This document shows, piece by piece, positions 14,544 to 27,900 of a stretch of 64,000 bases of DNA. This DNA is from the human T2T-CHM13v2.0 reference genome, Homo sapiens: NCBI RefSeq assembly GCF_009914755.1, contig NC_060943.1. One strand, written 5' to 3'. Under the pieces are notes generated by a model that made no database searches, was not told the DNA's origin, and saw only the letters and a list, made by a program, of their open reading frames with translations. Position numbers and translations under genes: made by a program. The first letter of the stretch is position 1. The number at the start of each line of letters is the position of its first letter.

Positions 14544-15101
14544 TTGCCAGCTACCGTTGTGGACACTTTCCCATACAGTATCTTAACTCTCTTGACACCG
14601 TTTGTATATAAGTACAGTTTACTTCTTTTGGTAAAGGAGGAAGCTGGCACTGGAAAAGACTAACTTGCCCTAATCCCCTGTAGCTGAAAGAAGCTACATT
14701 TTGATGCATGTGTGGCCCACTATGCCACATTTTCTCCTCCCTTTTTTCCATTCATAGGCAATTAATCTTATCCACCTGGACTTGGGCTGCTAGAGACCAT
14801 GGTCATTAGCATTAGTGGCAGCAACAGAAGGAGGAAAGAGATTAGAACTTTCATTGTGATTGTTGGTGCAGCTGTAAGTCATTTGAAGACTGTATGGAAG
14901 TTTCCCGGTTGGAGGCTCCTGATCTCTGGGGATGGCTCAGGCCAGGGTACTCAGCCCGGTGGTCTGCACTTTAGTCCCAGGTCAGTGTTTCCATCTGAGG
15001 GCAAGAGCAGGTGAGGTGATGCTGGCCTTACTGTTAAGTAACAGATTAGACGATGTGCTTTCCAGAAATGTAGGAGATAAAATTCCTCAAACAAAAAAAT
15101 A

Positions 15102-15825
15102 AGACAGAAGGTGTTGCAGCAGAGAGTTTAATACTTGCAAGATGGCCAAGCAAAGAGGATGGGAGATATTTTTCAAATCTGCCTCCCCAAGAATTTGGAG
15201 ACTAGGGTTTTAAAGGAGTGTTTGGAGAGCAGGGGACTAGGAAATGGACACGGCTGATTGGTTGGGCTGGAAATGAAATCATCGGGTGTCAAAATTGTCT
15301 TGTGCACTGAGTAAGTTCCTGGGTGGAGCTCACAGGACCAGTTGAGTCAGTTTCTTAGTGTAGGTCAACAGTCTGGGTGGTGTCAATTGATCCACCAGAA
15401 TGCAAAGTCTAAACAATATCTCAAACTCCAGCCTTAAATTTCACAATAGCAATATAATCTATAGGAGCAATTAAAGAACATATAAATCTTGTGCCCACTG
15501 GCTACATGACTCCTGAGCAGCAGGTAATTATAAAAACAAAAAAAAAGATGGGGAACAATGACTGTTTGCTGTTTAACTCTGCCTATATCTTAGCTAAATT
15601 CAGGCCCCTACCATAATTCTAACCTTGCAACATTTCATTTGTTTTACAAAGTTGGTTTCAATTCCAGAACAAGAAGGGGATTAGTTAAACTATAAATTCC
15701 TTCTATAGTTAGGCTGGCCTATGTACAGGAATAAGCAAAGGTGGATAGTTTGTGAAGTTAGAAGCAAGATGGAGCCAGTTACATTGGATTTCTCTCACTA
15801 TTAAAATTTTCCAAGGGTGGTTTCA
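15102..15825 (-). mobile_element. 3' LTR of ERV1 provirus (LTR8B-like), distal end truncated
   Basis: Minus strand starts TGAAACC after polypurine tract AGGGGGAAC; aligns with 31587-32590. Confidence 0.8.
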
Positions 15826-17770
15826 GTTCCCCCTGGGCTTAAGCATTCCTTATTCCTGAGGTGTGAGCAGATGATGAGATGGAAGGGGTTGATAACCACT
15901 CTAACTTCTTCCTGATGATAGGGGGCATCATTGGGGTTTATTCCAGGATAGGAGAAATGAAACTGTCTTGCTGTCGTCTTCCTATATTCACGAATGCCTG
16001 GTTGGGGACCCAAGTTTTGCATGACAAGGATATTAGTATTCACATCCCCAGCCGCAGCACAGTACTTAAGTGAACAGCAGACTGTAAGTGTTGAGCCCTA
16101 ATATAAAGAGTGAAAGCCCAAGTCTCAAGAGTTCTTGTGGAACTGATCTGAAATTTTAAGGCATCCAGATAAATAACACCGAGAACCAATCAGACATGGG
16201 GTCACCGGTAAAGACCTGCTGTAACCATGAAGTTTCTTGGGAATTTCTTTCTATCCAGATTTCAACTTCTCCTGAGGTGTTTATATAGGTGCAACAAGTG
16301 GTGTTTCATATTGCACAAATTCCCCTTTGTCTAGCCAACAGGAAATCAAGCACCAACAGATTGTCTAGGACTACGTGAGCTAGCAAACTGAAGGAACTTT
16401 GTTGAACCCTAAGGGTTTTTGCAGTTTCTTCTAGACAATCAATCCGAAGGTAGCAGACAGGTTCCTGATCATGTCTCTGTTGCCATAAACACCATAACTA
16501 GGAACAAATATCCCTAGAAGTCTCTGCCACCAGGTATCTTGATGTCTGCCTGAAGTCCTCGTTTTGTTCTATGGGGAAATCAGTGGAATTTATCACCATG
16601 AAGATAGGCTGAGAAGGGAGTTACAAAATGTCCCGGTAAGCAGGAGCCCTTGATATGCAGGCTATTGAGACACAGGTGGGCTCATCCTAATAGAGCCTGC
16701 AGATACCTGTATGAACTGGATGAATTCCTCTCTTTGCAAGGTCCCAAAGTAACTTGGGGTTCCTGGCCTATCAGAAAGTGGCATTCTTTACTTACTTCAC
16801 ATCAGAAATCCTGTAAAGGAACTGCATAGACAAGGTACAAGACCAGCTCTTCCAAGGGGCTTTTATTGGCTCTATAAGTCAACTTCAATTTCTGAATGCA
16901 GGCTGCTCATTCCAAAGATAGCTCACTGAAAGGAAAATTCAAGACAGGGAATCAGAAGCTGTCCATGAAAGGGGATAAGATCAATAAATGGCAAAAGTCA
17001 CAGAGATATCAAACCAGAAAAATCTGCCTGAGCCAGACATCAAACCCAGTCCACTGCAGTGAGAGGGCAAACCTTAGCCACTGAGCTACAGTGTAGGGCA
17101 GTCTCCATTGCTATTCCCAGAAGTAATCTAGAGCAGGCAGTGTTCAGCTTACAGAAGATTTTTTTCTAAATTTTTAAATTAATTAACACATTATAGAGGA
17201 GACAAACAGTTATTCCTACCCTTTTGCCAGCTTGTCAGCTTCCTGGATTCCCTTTGTCTGTGGCTTCCAGAAGACCAGAGTTGGGGTCAAGCCATGTTAT
17301 AAAAGAAAATCATCCTTTTCCACTTCATGGAATCATAAGCAAAAGGCCTCCCAATTTTGCAAGATGCAGCCCAATGGGCTGCACAGGAGAGCCAAATTAA
17401 CATTTCCCATTCTGGCTGAAGTGATATACACATAACAAAACACAGACACTAGTCACCCAACTCAGCACCCATGTATCAACCTGACAAAGCTCAAACTTGC
17501 CCTTGTTGGCCCCTATCATCTTTGATCCATTCAGGGCATGAAGATATAACCTCTGACCAGGAGTTCAATGGGTAGTCTCTGGGAAAGATGGGAAAGTGAC
17601 TGTCACCCTGAGTTAGGCTGGCTGAGTTTCCACTAGCGATTCCTTCAGAGTTCACCAAATGTGACTACCCAGATAAACAGCTCCCAGAGTTAGGCCTGCT
17701 GAGCTTCTGATAACAAGCCCTTCAGGGAATCCCCTCCATAAACATAAATGTACATAACAAGACAAAGACA
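15826..17770 (-). mobile_element. ERV1 internal region with env remnant; resumes at 31083-31531
   Basis: Furin site RTKR at 16559-16570; TM segment VLDNLLVLDFLLARQRGICAI*NTTCCTYINTSG near 16270-16375. Confidence 0.8.
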
Positions 17771-18287
17771 GATGAATACAAATTCAAGAAGGGAGGGAAA
17801 AACCTGCAGTGACCCCATGGTCAGGGCTGAAGGCAGCGAGTGCACTGCGAGCTTTGGGTTTCTGTGGTCAGCAAGCCAGAGCAGCACCTCTTGGGTGGGC
17901 TGAGCCCACCCCACACCCTCAGCGCGCTGAAACACAAGAGTTTAGCACTCAAGGGGATGCCCCAAAATGCTGCCGGTGCTGCCCCTGGACAGGACTGTCC
18001 TCCAGCACATCCTCAGCCACTGAGGAGCCATCAGCTTCAGCTCCAGCTCCATGTTCTTCAGCTGTCCCAATTCCCGGCAGCTATCCCAGAGGTGTGGAGC
18101 TATCTCCTATGACAGTTCTGATCACACTGCATTATACCTCATGTGCTAGGAGATGTACATGTAAGGAGCCAAGCAGGATTTGAATCTGAAAGAAGAGATT
18201 CTCAACTATATATTGATTTTCATGTTTTCCACTTGGGCTCTTCATGCCAGAATTAAAAATTTCCCTAGATATTATCTGTCACTAAAA
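17771..18287 (+). pseudogene. PDE7A (PDE7A1 N-terminus) processed pseudogene fragment; coding homology 17969-18233
   Basis: Translates [55 protein letters not shown] / [29 protein letters not shown], matching recalled PDE7A1 residues about 7-94, without introns. Confidence 0.88.
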
Positions 18288-21200
18288 GGTATTTGTGGGA
18301 AGATGGTGGACAGGAAGCAGGACTACATTGCAACTCCAGCTCAGAGGGACAGAGTAGTGTGTAGAATCACATTGTGAACTCTTGCTCCAGAACTATTGCA
18401 GGAATATACCAGGAAAGCTGAGAGAATCCACAGATCTTCTGAAAGAAGCAGATTGCTCCTGCAGGACCCAGGAGACAGCCCAAATACTGTGCTGGTATCC
18501 ATGGATGAGAGATCTGAAGATGATTTACATCATAGGTCTCTGTGCAGACACTCCCAGTACCAGCCTGGAGCCTGGTAGCCTTGCTAGGTGGCTAGATCCT
18601 GAAGAGAAATAACAATCACTAAAATTCAGCTCTCAGGAAGCCATATCCCTCAGAAAAGGGGGAGAGTACTACATCAAGGGAACACCCTGTGGGGCTAAAG
18701 AATCTGAACAGCAGCCTTGAGTCCCAGATCTTTCCTCTGACATAGCCTACCCAAATGAAAAAAAAACAAAAAAACAAAAAAAGAAAAACAGAAAAACAAC
18801 TCTGGTAACATGGCAAAACAAGGTTCTTTAACACCCCCCTCCAAAAAAAAAAAAAATCACACTAGCTCACCAAAAATGGATCCATACCAAGAAGAAATCC
18901 CTGATTTGCCTGAAAAAGAATTCAGACTATAGATTATTAAGCTAATCAAGGAGGCACCAGATAAAGGTGAAGTCTAATTCAAGGAAATCCAAAAAAATGA
19001 CACAAGATATGAGAGGAGAAATTGTCAGTGCAACAGATAGCATAAATGAAAAACAATAAAAACTTCAGGAAATAAAGAAGACTCTTAGAGAAATGTAAAA
19101 TGTACTGAAAAGTCTCAGCAATAGAATTGAACAAGCAGAAGAAAGAACTTCAGATATCAAGGACAAGGTTTTCAAATTAATGCAATCCAACAAACACAAG
19201 AAAAAAGAATTTAAAAAATGAATAAATCCTCCAAGAAACTTGGTATTATGTTATACAACCAAACCTCAGAATAATTGGTATTCCTGAGGAAGAAAAGAAA
19301 TCTAAAAGTTTGGAAAACATATATGGGGAAATAAACAAGAAAAACTTCCCTGGCCTTCCTAGAGACCTACACATCCAAATACAAGAAGCTTAAAGAACAC
19401 CTGGGAAATTCAATGCAAAAAGATCATCACCTAGGCACATTGTCATCAGGTTATCTAAAGTCAAGATAAAGAATCTTAAGAGCAGCGAGGCAAAAGCACC
19501 AGGTAACCTATAAAAGAAAACCCATCAGATTAACAGCAGATTTCTCAGCAGAAACCCTACAAGCTAGAAGAAATTGGGGCCCTATCTTCAGCCTCCTTAA
19601 AAAAAAGACAATTATCAGCCAAGAATTTTGTATCCAGCAAAACTAAGCCTCATAAATAAAGAAAAGATACAGTCTTTTTCAGACAAACAAATGCTGAAAG
19701 AATTTGACACTACCTAGCCACCACTACAAGAACTGCTAAAAAGGAGCTCTAAATCTTGAAATAAATCCTGGAAACACATCAAAACAGAATGTCTTTGAAA
19801 CAAATCTCACAAGACCTATAAAACAAAAATACAGTTAAAAAAAATTCTAAATCTCAATACTAACATTGAATGTAAATGACCTAAATGCTCCACTTAAAAG
19901 ACACAGAATTGTAGAATTGATAAAAATTTACCAACCAAGTATCTGCTGCTTTCAAAAGACTCACCTAACACACAAGGACTCACATAAACTTAAGGTAAAG
20001 GGGTGGGAAAAGACATTCCATGCAAATGGACATGAAAAGCAAGCAGGAGTAGCTATTCTTATATCAGACAAAACAAACATTAAGGCAACAGCAGTTAAAA
20101 AAGACAAAAAGGGACATTATATGATGATAAAAGACCTTATCCAACAGGAAAACATCACAATCTTAAATATATATGCACCTAAATTTATGTTCCCAAATTT
20201 ATAAAACAATTACTACTAAACCTAAGAAATGAGAGATACAGCAACACAATAATAGTGGGGACCTCAATACTCCACTTTCAGCACTAGACCAGTTATCTGG
20301 ACCAAAAGTCAACAAAGAAACAATGGATTTAAACTATACCCTGGAACAAATGGACTTAACAGATATTTACAGAACATTCTACCCAACAACCACAGAATAT
20401 ACATTCAATTCACCAGTATGTGGAACGTTCTCCAAGATAGACCATATGATAGGCCACAAAACAAGTCTCCCAGGATCTGAGCAGAAATAAATGAAATTGA
20501 AACAAACAAACAGAAACACAAAAGATGAATAAAACAAAACGTGGTTCTTTGAAAAGTTAAATAAAATTGATAGGCCATTAGCAAGATTAACCAAGAAAAG
20601 AAGAGAGAAGATCCAAATAAGCTCAATTAGAAATAAAACAGAAGATATTACAACTGACACCACAGAAATACAAAAGATCATTCAAGGCTACTATGAGCAC
20701 CTTTATGTGCATAAACTAGAAAACCTAGAAAAGGTGGATAAATTCCTGAAAAGATGCAACCTTCCTAGCTTAAATTAGAAAGAGTTAGAAACCCTGAGCA
20801 GACCAGTAACAAGCAGCAAGATTGAAATGGTAACCAAAAAATTACCAACAAAAAAAAAAGTCCAGGACCAAACAGATTCACAGCACAATTATACCAGGTA
20901 TTCAAAGAATAATTGGTGTAAATCCTACTGACACTTTTCCACAAGATAGAGAAGGAGGCAATCCTCCCTAAATTATTCTGTGAAGCCAGTATCACCCCAA
21001 TACCAAAACCAGGAAAGGACATAACAACAACCAAAAAAAAAAAAAAACTACAGACCAATATCTCTGATGAACATAAATGCAAAAATTCTTAACAAAATAC
21101 TAGCTAACCAAATCCAACAGCTTATCAAAAAGATATAATCTATCATGATCGAGGGGGTTTCATACCAGGGATGCAGGGATGGTTTAACATTCACAAGTCA

Positions 21201-21958
21201 ATAAATGTCATGCATCACATAAACAGAATTAAAAACAAAAATTACATGATCATCTCAATAGATGCAGAAAAAGCATTTGACAAAATCCAGCATTGCTTTA
21301 TGATTAAAATCCTCATCAGAATCGGCATACAAGGGACATACCACAATGTAGTAAAAGCCATTTATGACAAAGCCACAGCCAACATAAAACTGAATGGGAA
21401 AAAGTTGAAAGCATTCCCTCTGAGAACTGGAACAGGACAATGATGCCCACTCTCACCACTTGTACTAAACATAGTACTGGAAGTCCTATCCAGAGCAATC
21501 AGACAAGAGAAAAAAATAAAGGGCATTCAAATCAATAAAGAGGAAATCAAACTGTCACTGTTTGCTGATGATTTAATTGTACATCTAGCAAACCATCAAG
21601 ACTCCTTCAAAAAGCTTCTAGAACTGATAAATGAATTCAGCAAAGTTTCAGGTTACAAAATTTATGTACATAAATCAGTAGTTCTGATACATCAACAGTG
21701 ACCAAGCTGAGAATTGAATCAAGAACTCAACCCCTTTTACAATAACTGCAAAAATAAAATAAAATAAAATACTTAGGAATATACCTAACCAAGGAGGTGA
21801 AATATCTGTAAAAGGAAAACTACAAAACACTGCTGAAGGAAATCATAGATGACACAAACAAATGGAAACACATCCCATGCCCATGCATAGATAGAATCAA
21901 TATTGGGAAAATGACCATACTGCCAAAAGCAACTTACAAATTCAATGCAATTCCTATC

Positions 21959-24900
21959 TGTATTAGTCCATTTTCATGCTGCTGATAAAGACATACCTGA
22001 GACTAGGCAATTTACAAAAGAAAGAGGTTTAATTGAGGGTATGGCAAGGTGGCCAAATAGGAACAGCTCTGGTCTGCAGCTCCCAGTGAGACCAATGCAG
22101 AAGGTGGGTGATTCTGCATTTCCAACTGAGGTACCCAGCTCATCTCATTGGGACTGGTTAGGCAGTGGGTGCAGCCCATGAAAGGTGAGCAGAAGCAAAG
22201 TGGGGCATGACCTCACCCAGGAAGCACAAGGGGTTGGGGAACTCCCTCCCCTAGCCAAGGGAAGCCATGAAAGGCTGTGCTGTGAGGATGGTGTTATCTG
22301 GCCCATATACTGTGCTTTTCACACGGTCCTTGCAATCCACAGGCCAGGAGATTCCCTTGGGTGCCTACACCATCAGGGCCCTGGGTTTCAAGCACAAAAC
22401 TAAGCGGCTGTTTGGGCAGACAATAGCTACCTGCAGGAGTTTTTATTGTACCCCAGTGGCACCTGGAACACCAGAGAGACAGTACCATTTACTCCCCTGG
22501 AAAGGGAGCTTAAGTGAGGCAGCTGAGTGGTCTTGCTCAGTGGAGTCCACCCCCACAGAGCCCAGCAAGTTAAGATCAATGGGCTTGAAATTCTCGCTGC
22601 CAGCACAGCAGTCTGAAGTCTATGTGGGAAGCTTGAACTTGGTGGGGGGAGGGGCGTCCACCATTAGTGAGGCTTGAGTAGATGGTTTTCCCCTCACAGT
22701 GTAAACAAAGCCTCCAGGAAGTTCAAACTGGGTGCAGAACCCACAGCAGCATGGCAAAGCCACTGTAGCCAGACTGGCTCTCTAGATTTCTCCTCTCTGG
22801 GCAGGACATCTGTAAAAGAAAGGCAGCAGCCCCAGTCAGAAGCTTATAGATAAAACTCCCATCTCCCTGGGAAACAACACCTGGGGGAAGGGATGGCTGT
22901 GGGCACAGCTTCAGCAGACTTAAACGTTCCTGCCTACCAGCTCTGAAGAGAGCAGCAGATCTCCCAACACAGCACTTGAACTCTGCTAAGGGACAGACTG
23001 CCTCCTCAAGCAGGTCCCTGACACCCGTGCCACCTGACTGGGAGACACTTTCCAACAGGAGTTTACTGAGACCTCATACAGGAGAGCTCTGGCTGGCACC
23101 TGGTGAGTGCCCCTCTGGGATGAAGTTTCCAGAGGAAGGAGCAGGCAGCAATCTTTGCTGTTATGCAGGCTCCACTGGTGATACCCAGACAAACAGGGTG
23201 TGGAGTGGACCTCCAGCAAACTCCAGCAGACCTGCGGAAGAGGGGGCTGACCATTAGAAGGAAAACTAACAAACAGAAAGCAATAATATCAACATCAACA
23301 GAAAGGATGCCCAAGCAAAAACCCCATCCAAAGGTCACCAACATCAAAGACCAAAGGTAGATAAATCCGCAAAGATGAGGATAAACCAGCACAAAAAGGC
23401 TAAAAATTCCAAAAATCAGAATACCTCTTCTCCTCCAAAGGATCACAACAAGGGAACAAAACTGGACAGAGAACGAGTTTGACAAATTGACAGAAGTAGA
23501 CTTCAGAAGGTGAGTAATAACAAACTCCTCTAAGCTAAAGGAGCATGTTCTAACTCAATGCAAGGAAGCAAAGACTCTTGATAAAAGGTTACAGGAACTG
23601 CTAACTTGAATAACCAGTTTAGAGAAGAACATGAATAATCTGATGGAGCTGAAAAACACAGCATGAGAACTTCATGAAACGTATACAAGTATCAATAGCT
23701 GAATCGATCAAGTGGAAGAAAGGATATTAGAGATTGAAGATGAACTTAATGAAATAAAGTGTGAATACAAGATTAGAGAAAAAAGAATGAAAGGAATCAA
23801 CAAAGCCTCCAAGAAATATGGGACTATGTGAAAAGACCAAACCTATGTTTGATTGGTGTACCTTAATGTGATAGGGGAGAATGGGACCAAGTTGGAAAAC
23901 ACACTTCAGGATATTATCCAGGAGAACTTCCCCAACCTAGCAAGACAGACCAACATTGAAATTCAGGAAATACAGAGAACACCACTAAGATACTCCTTGA
24001 GAAGAGCAACCCCAAGACACATAACTGTCAGATTCACCAAGGTTGAAATGAAAGAAAAAATGTTAAGGGCAGCCAGAAAGAAAGGTCGGGTTACCCACAA
24101 AGGGAAGCCCATTAGACTAACAGTAAATCTATCTGCAGAAACCCTACAAGCCAGAAGAGAGTGGGGGCTAATATTCAACATTCTTAAAGAAAAGAATTTT
24201 CAACCCAGAATTTCATATCTGACCAAACTAAGCTTCATAAGTGAAGGAGAAATAAAATCCTCTACAGAGAAGCAAATGCTGAGGGATTTTGTCACCACCA
24301 GGACTGCCTTACAGGAGCTCCTGAAGGAAACACTAAATATGGAAAGGAAAAACCAGTACTACCCACGGCAAAAACAAACCAAAATGTAAATACCATTGAC
24401 ACAATGAAGAAATTGCCTCAACTAATGGGCAAAATAACCAGCTAACATCATATGACATGCTCAAATTCACACATAACAATATTAACCTTAAATGTAAATG
24501 GGGTGAATGCCCCAATTAAAAGACATAGATTGCAAATTGGATAAAAAGTCAAGAACCATTGGTGTGCTGTATTCAGGAGGCCCATCTCACGTGCAAAGAC
24601 ACACATAGGCTCAAAATAAAGGGATGGAGAAAGATTTACCAAGCAAATGGAAAGCAAAGAAAAGCAGGGGTTGCAATCCTAGTCTCTGATAAAACAGACT
24701 TTAAGCCAGCAAGGATCAAAAAAGGCAAAAAAAGGCATTACATAATGGTAAAGGGATCAATTCAACAGGAAGAGCTAACTATCCCAAATATATATGCACC
24801 CAATACAGGAGCACCCAGATTCATAAAACAAGTTCTTAGATAACTAAGAAGAGATTTAGACTCCCACACAGTAATGGTGGAAGACTTTAACATCCCACTG

Positions 24901-27900
24901 TCAGTATTAGACAGATCAAAGAGACAGAAAATTAACAAGGATATTTAGGACTTGAATTCAGCTCTGGACCAAGCAGACCTAATAGACATCTACAGAACTC
25001 TCCACCCCAAATCAACAGAATATACATTCTTCTCAGCACCACATAGCACTTATTCTAAAATTGACCACATAATTAGAAGTAAAACACTCCTCAGCAAATA
25101 CAAGAGAACGGAAATCATATCAAACAGTCTCTCAGACCACAGTGCAATCAAATTAGAACTCAGGATTAAGAAACTCACTCAAAACCGCACAACTACATGG
25201 AAACTGAACAATCTGCTCCTGAGTGACTACTGGGTAAATAACAAAATTAAGGCAGAAATAAATAAGTTCTTTGAAACCAATGAGAACAAAGACACAAGGT
25301 ACCAGAATCTCTGGGATACAGATAAAGCAGTGTTTAGAGGGAAATTGTAGCACTAAATGCCCACATGAGAAAGTGGGAAAGATCTAAAATTGACACCCTA
25401 ACATCACAATTAAAAGAACTAGAGAAGCAAGAGCAAACACATTCAAAAGCTAGTGGAAGACAAGAAATAACTAAGACCAGAGCAGAACTGAAGGAGATAG
25501 AGACATGAAAAACCCTTCAAAAAATCAATGAATCCAGGAGCTGGTTTTTTAAAAAGATTAACAAAATAGATAGACCACTATCCAGACTAATAAAGAAGAA
25601 AAGAGAGAAGAATCAAACAAACACAATAAAAAATAATAAAGGGGATATCGCCACTGATCCCACAGAAATACAAACTACCATCAGAGAATACTATAAACAC
25701 CTCTATGCAAATACAGTAGAAAATCTGGAAGAAATAGATAAATTCCTGGACACATACACCCTCCCAAGACTAAATCATGAAGAAGTCAAATCCCTGAATA
25801 GACCAATAACAAGTTCTGAAATTGAGGCAGTAATTAATAGCCTACCAACCAAAAAAAAAAATAGACCAATAACAAGTTCTGAAATTGAGACAGGCAGTAA
25901 TAGCCTACCAACCAACAAAAGCCCAGCACCAGATGGATTCACAGCCAAATTCTACCAAAGGTACAAAGACGAGCTGGTACCATTCCTTCTGAAACTATTA
26001 CAAACACTAGAAAAAGAGGGACACCTCTCTAACTCATTTTATGAGGCCAGCATCATCCTGATACAAAAACCTCGCAGAGACACAACAAGAAAATAATATT
26101 TCAGGCCAATATCCCTGATAAACATTGATGCAAAAATCCTCAATAAAATACTGGCAAACTGAATCCAGCAGCACATAAAAAGAGCTTATCCACCATGATC
26201 AAGTCAGATTCACCCCTGGGATGCAAGGCTGTTTCAACATATGCAAATCAATAAACGTAATCCATCACATAAACAGAACCAGTGAGAAAAAACACATGAT
26301 TATCTCAATAGATGCGGAAAAGGCCTTTGATAAAATTCAACACAACTTCATGCTAAAAACACTCCATAAACTAGGTACTGATGGAACATATCTCAAAATA
26401 ATAAGAGCTGTTTATGACAAACTCACAGCCAGTATCATAATGAATGGGCAAAAGCTGGAAACACTCCCTTTGAAAACCGTCAGAAGACAAGGATGCCCTC
26501 TGTCACCACTCCTATTCAACATAGTATTGGAAATTCTGGTCAGGGAAATCAGCAAGAGAAAGAAAAAAGGGGTATTTATATAAGAAGAGAGGAAGTCAAA
26601 TTGTCTCTGTTTGCAGATGACATGAATTGTATATTTAGAAAATCCCATTGTCTAATCCCCAAAACTCCTTGATAAACAACTTCAGCAAAGTCTCAGGATA
26701 CAAAATCCATGTGCAAAAATCACAAGCACATCTATACACCAATAATAGACAAACAGAGCCAAATCATAAGTGAATTCCCCTTCACAATTGCTACAAAGAG
26801 AATAAAATACCTAGGAATACAACTTACAAGGGATGTGAATGACCTCTTCAAGGAGAACTACAATCCACTGCTCAAAGAAATAAGAGATGACACAAACAAA
26901 TGGAAAAACATTCCATGCTCATGGATAGAGAGAATCAATATCGTGAAAATGGCCATACTGCCCAAAGTAGTGTATAGCTTCAATGCTATTCCCATCAAGC
27001 TACCATTGACTTTCTTCACAGAATTAGAAAAAACTACTTTAATTTCATATGGAAACAAAAAAGATCCCACATAGCCAAGACAATCCTAAGCAAAATGAAC
27101 AAAGCTGGAGACATCATGCTGCCTGACTTCAAACTATACTACAAGCCTACAGTAACCAAAAGAGCATGGTACTGGTACCAAAACAGATATGTAGACGAAT
27201 GGAACAGAGCAGAGGCCTCAGAAATAACACTACACATCTACAACCATCTGATCTTTGACATATGCAGGAAACTGAAACTGGACCGCTTCTTTACACTTTA
27301 TACAAAAATTAACTCAAGACGGATTAAAGACTTGAACATAAGAACTAAAATCACAAAACCCTTAGAAGAAAACCTAGACAATATCATTCAGGACACAGGC
27401 ATGGGCAAAGACTTCATGACTAAAACACCAAAAGTAATGGCAACAAAAGCCAAAATTGACAAATAGGATCTAATTAAACTAAAAGCTTCTGCACAGCAAA
27501 AGAAACTATCAGCAAAATTAACAGGCAACCTACAGAATGGGAGAAAATTTTTACAATCTATCCATCTGACAAAGGGCTAATATCCAGAATCCACAAAGAA
27601 CTTAAATAAATTTACAAGAAAAAACTAAACAACTTCATCAAAAAGTAGGCAAAGGATATGAACAGACACTTCTCAAAAGAAGACAACATTTATGCGGCCA
27701 AAAAACATATGAACAGACACAGAGCCAAACCATCACTGGTCATTAGAGACACGCAAATCAAAACCACAGTAAGATGCTATCTCATGGCAGTTAGAATGGT
27801 GATCATTAAAAAGTCAGGAAACAATAGATGCTGAAGAGGATTGGAGAAATAGGAATTTTTACACTGTTGGTGGGAATGTAAATTAGTTCAGCTATTGTGG

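Noticed and set aside
16259-16600. env remnant as a syncytin-like gene
   Set aside because: In-frame stop within the CX6CC region and no long ORF.
17809-18183. 124-aa and 90-aa ORFs over the GC-rich insert
   Set aside because: Mostly off-frame readings of the PDE7A retrocopy; the PDE7A frame has TGA at 18021.
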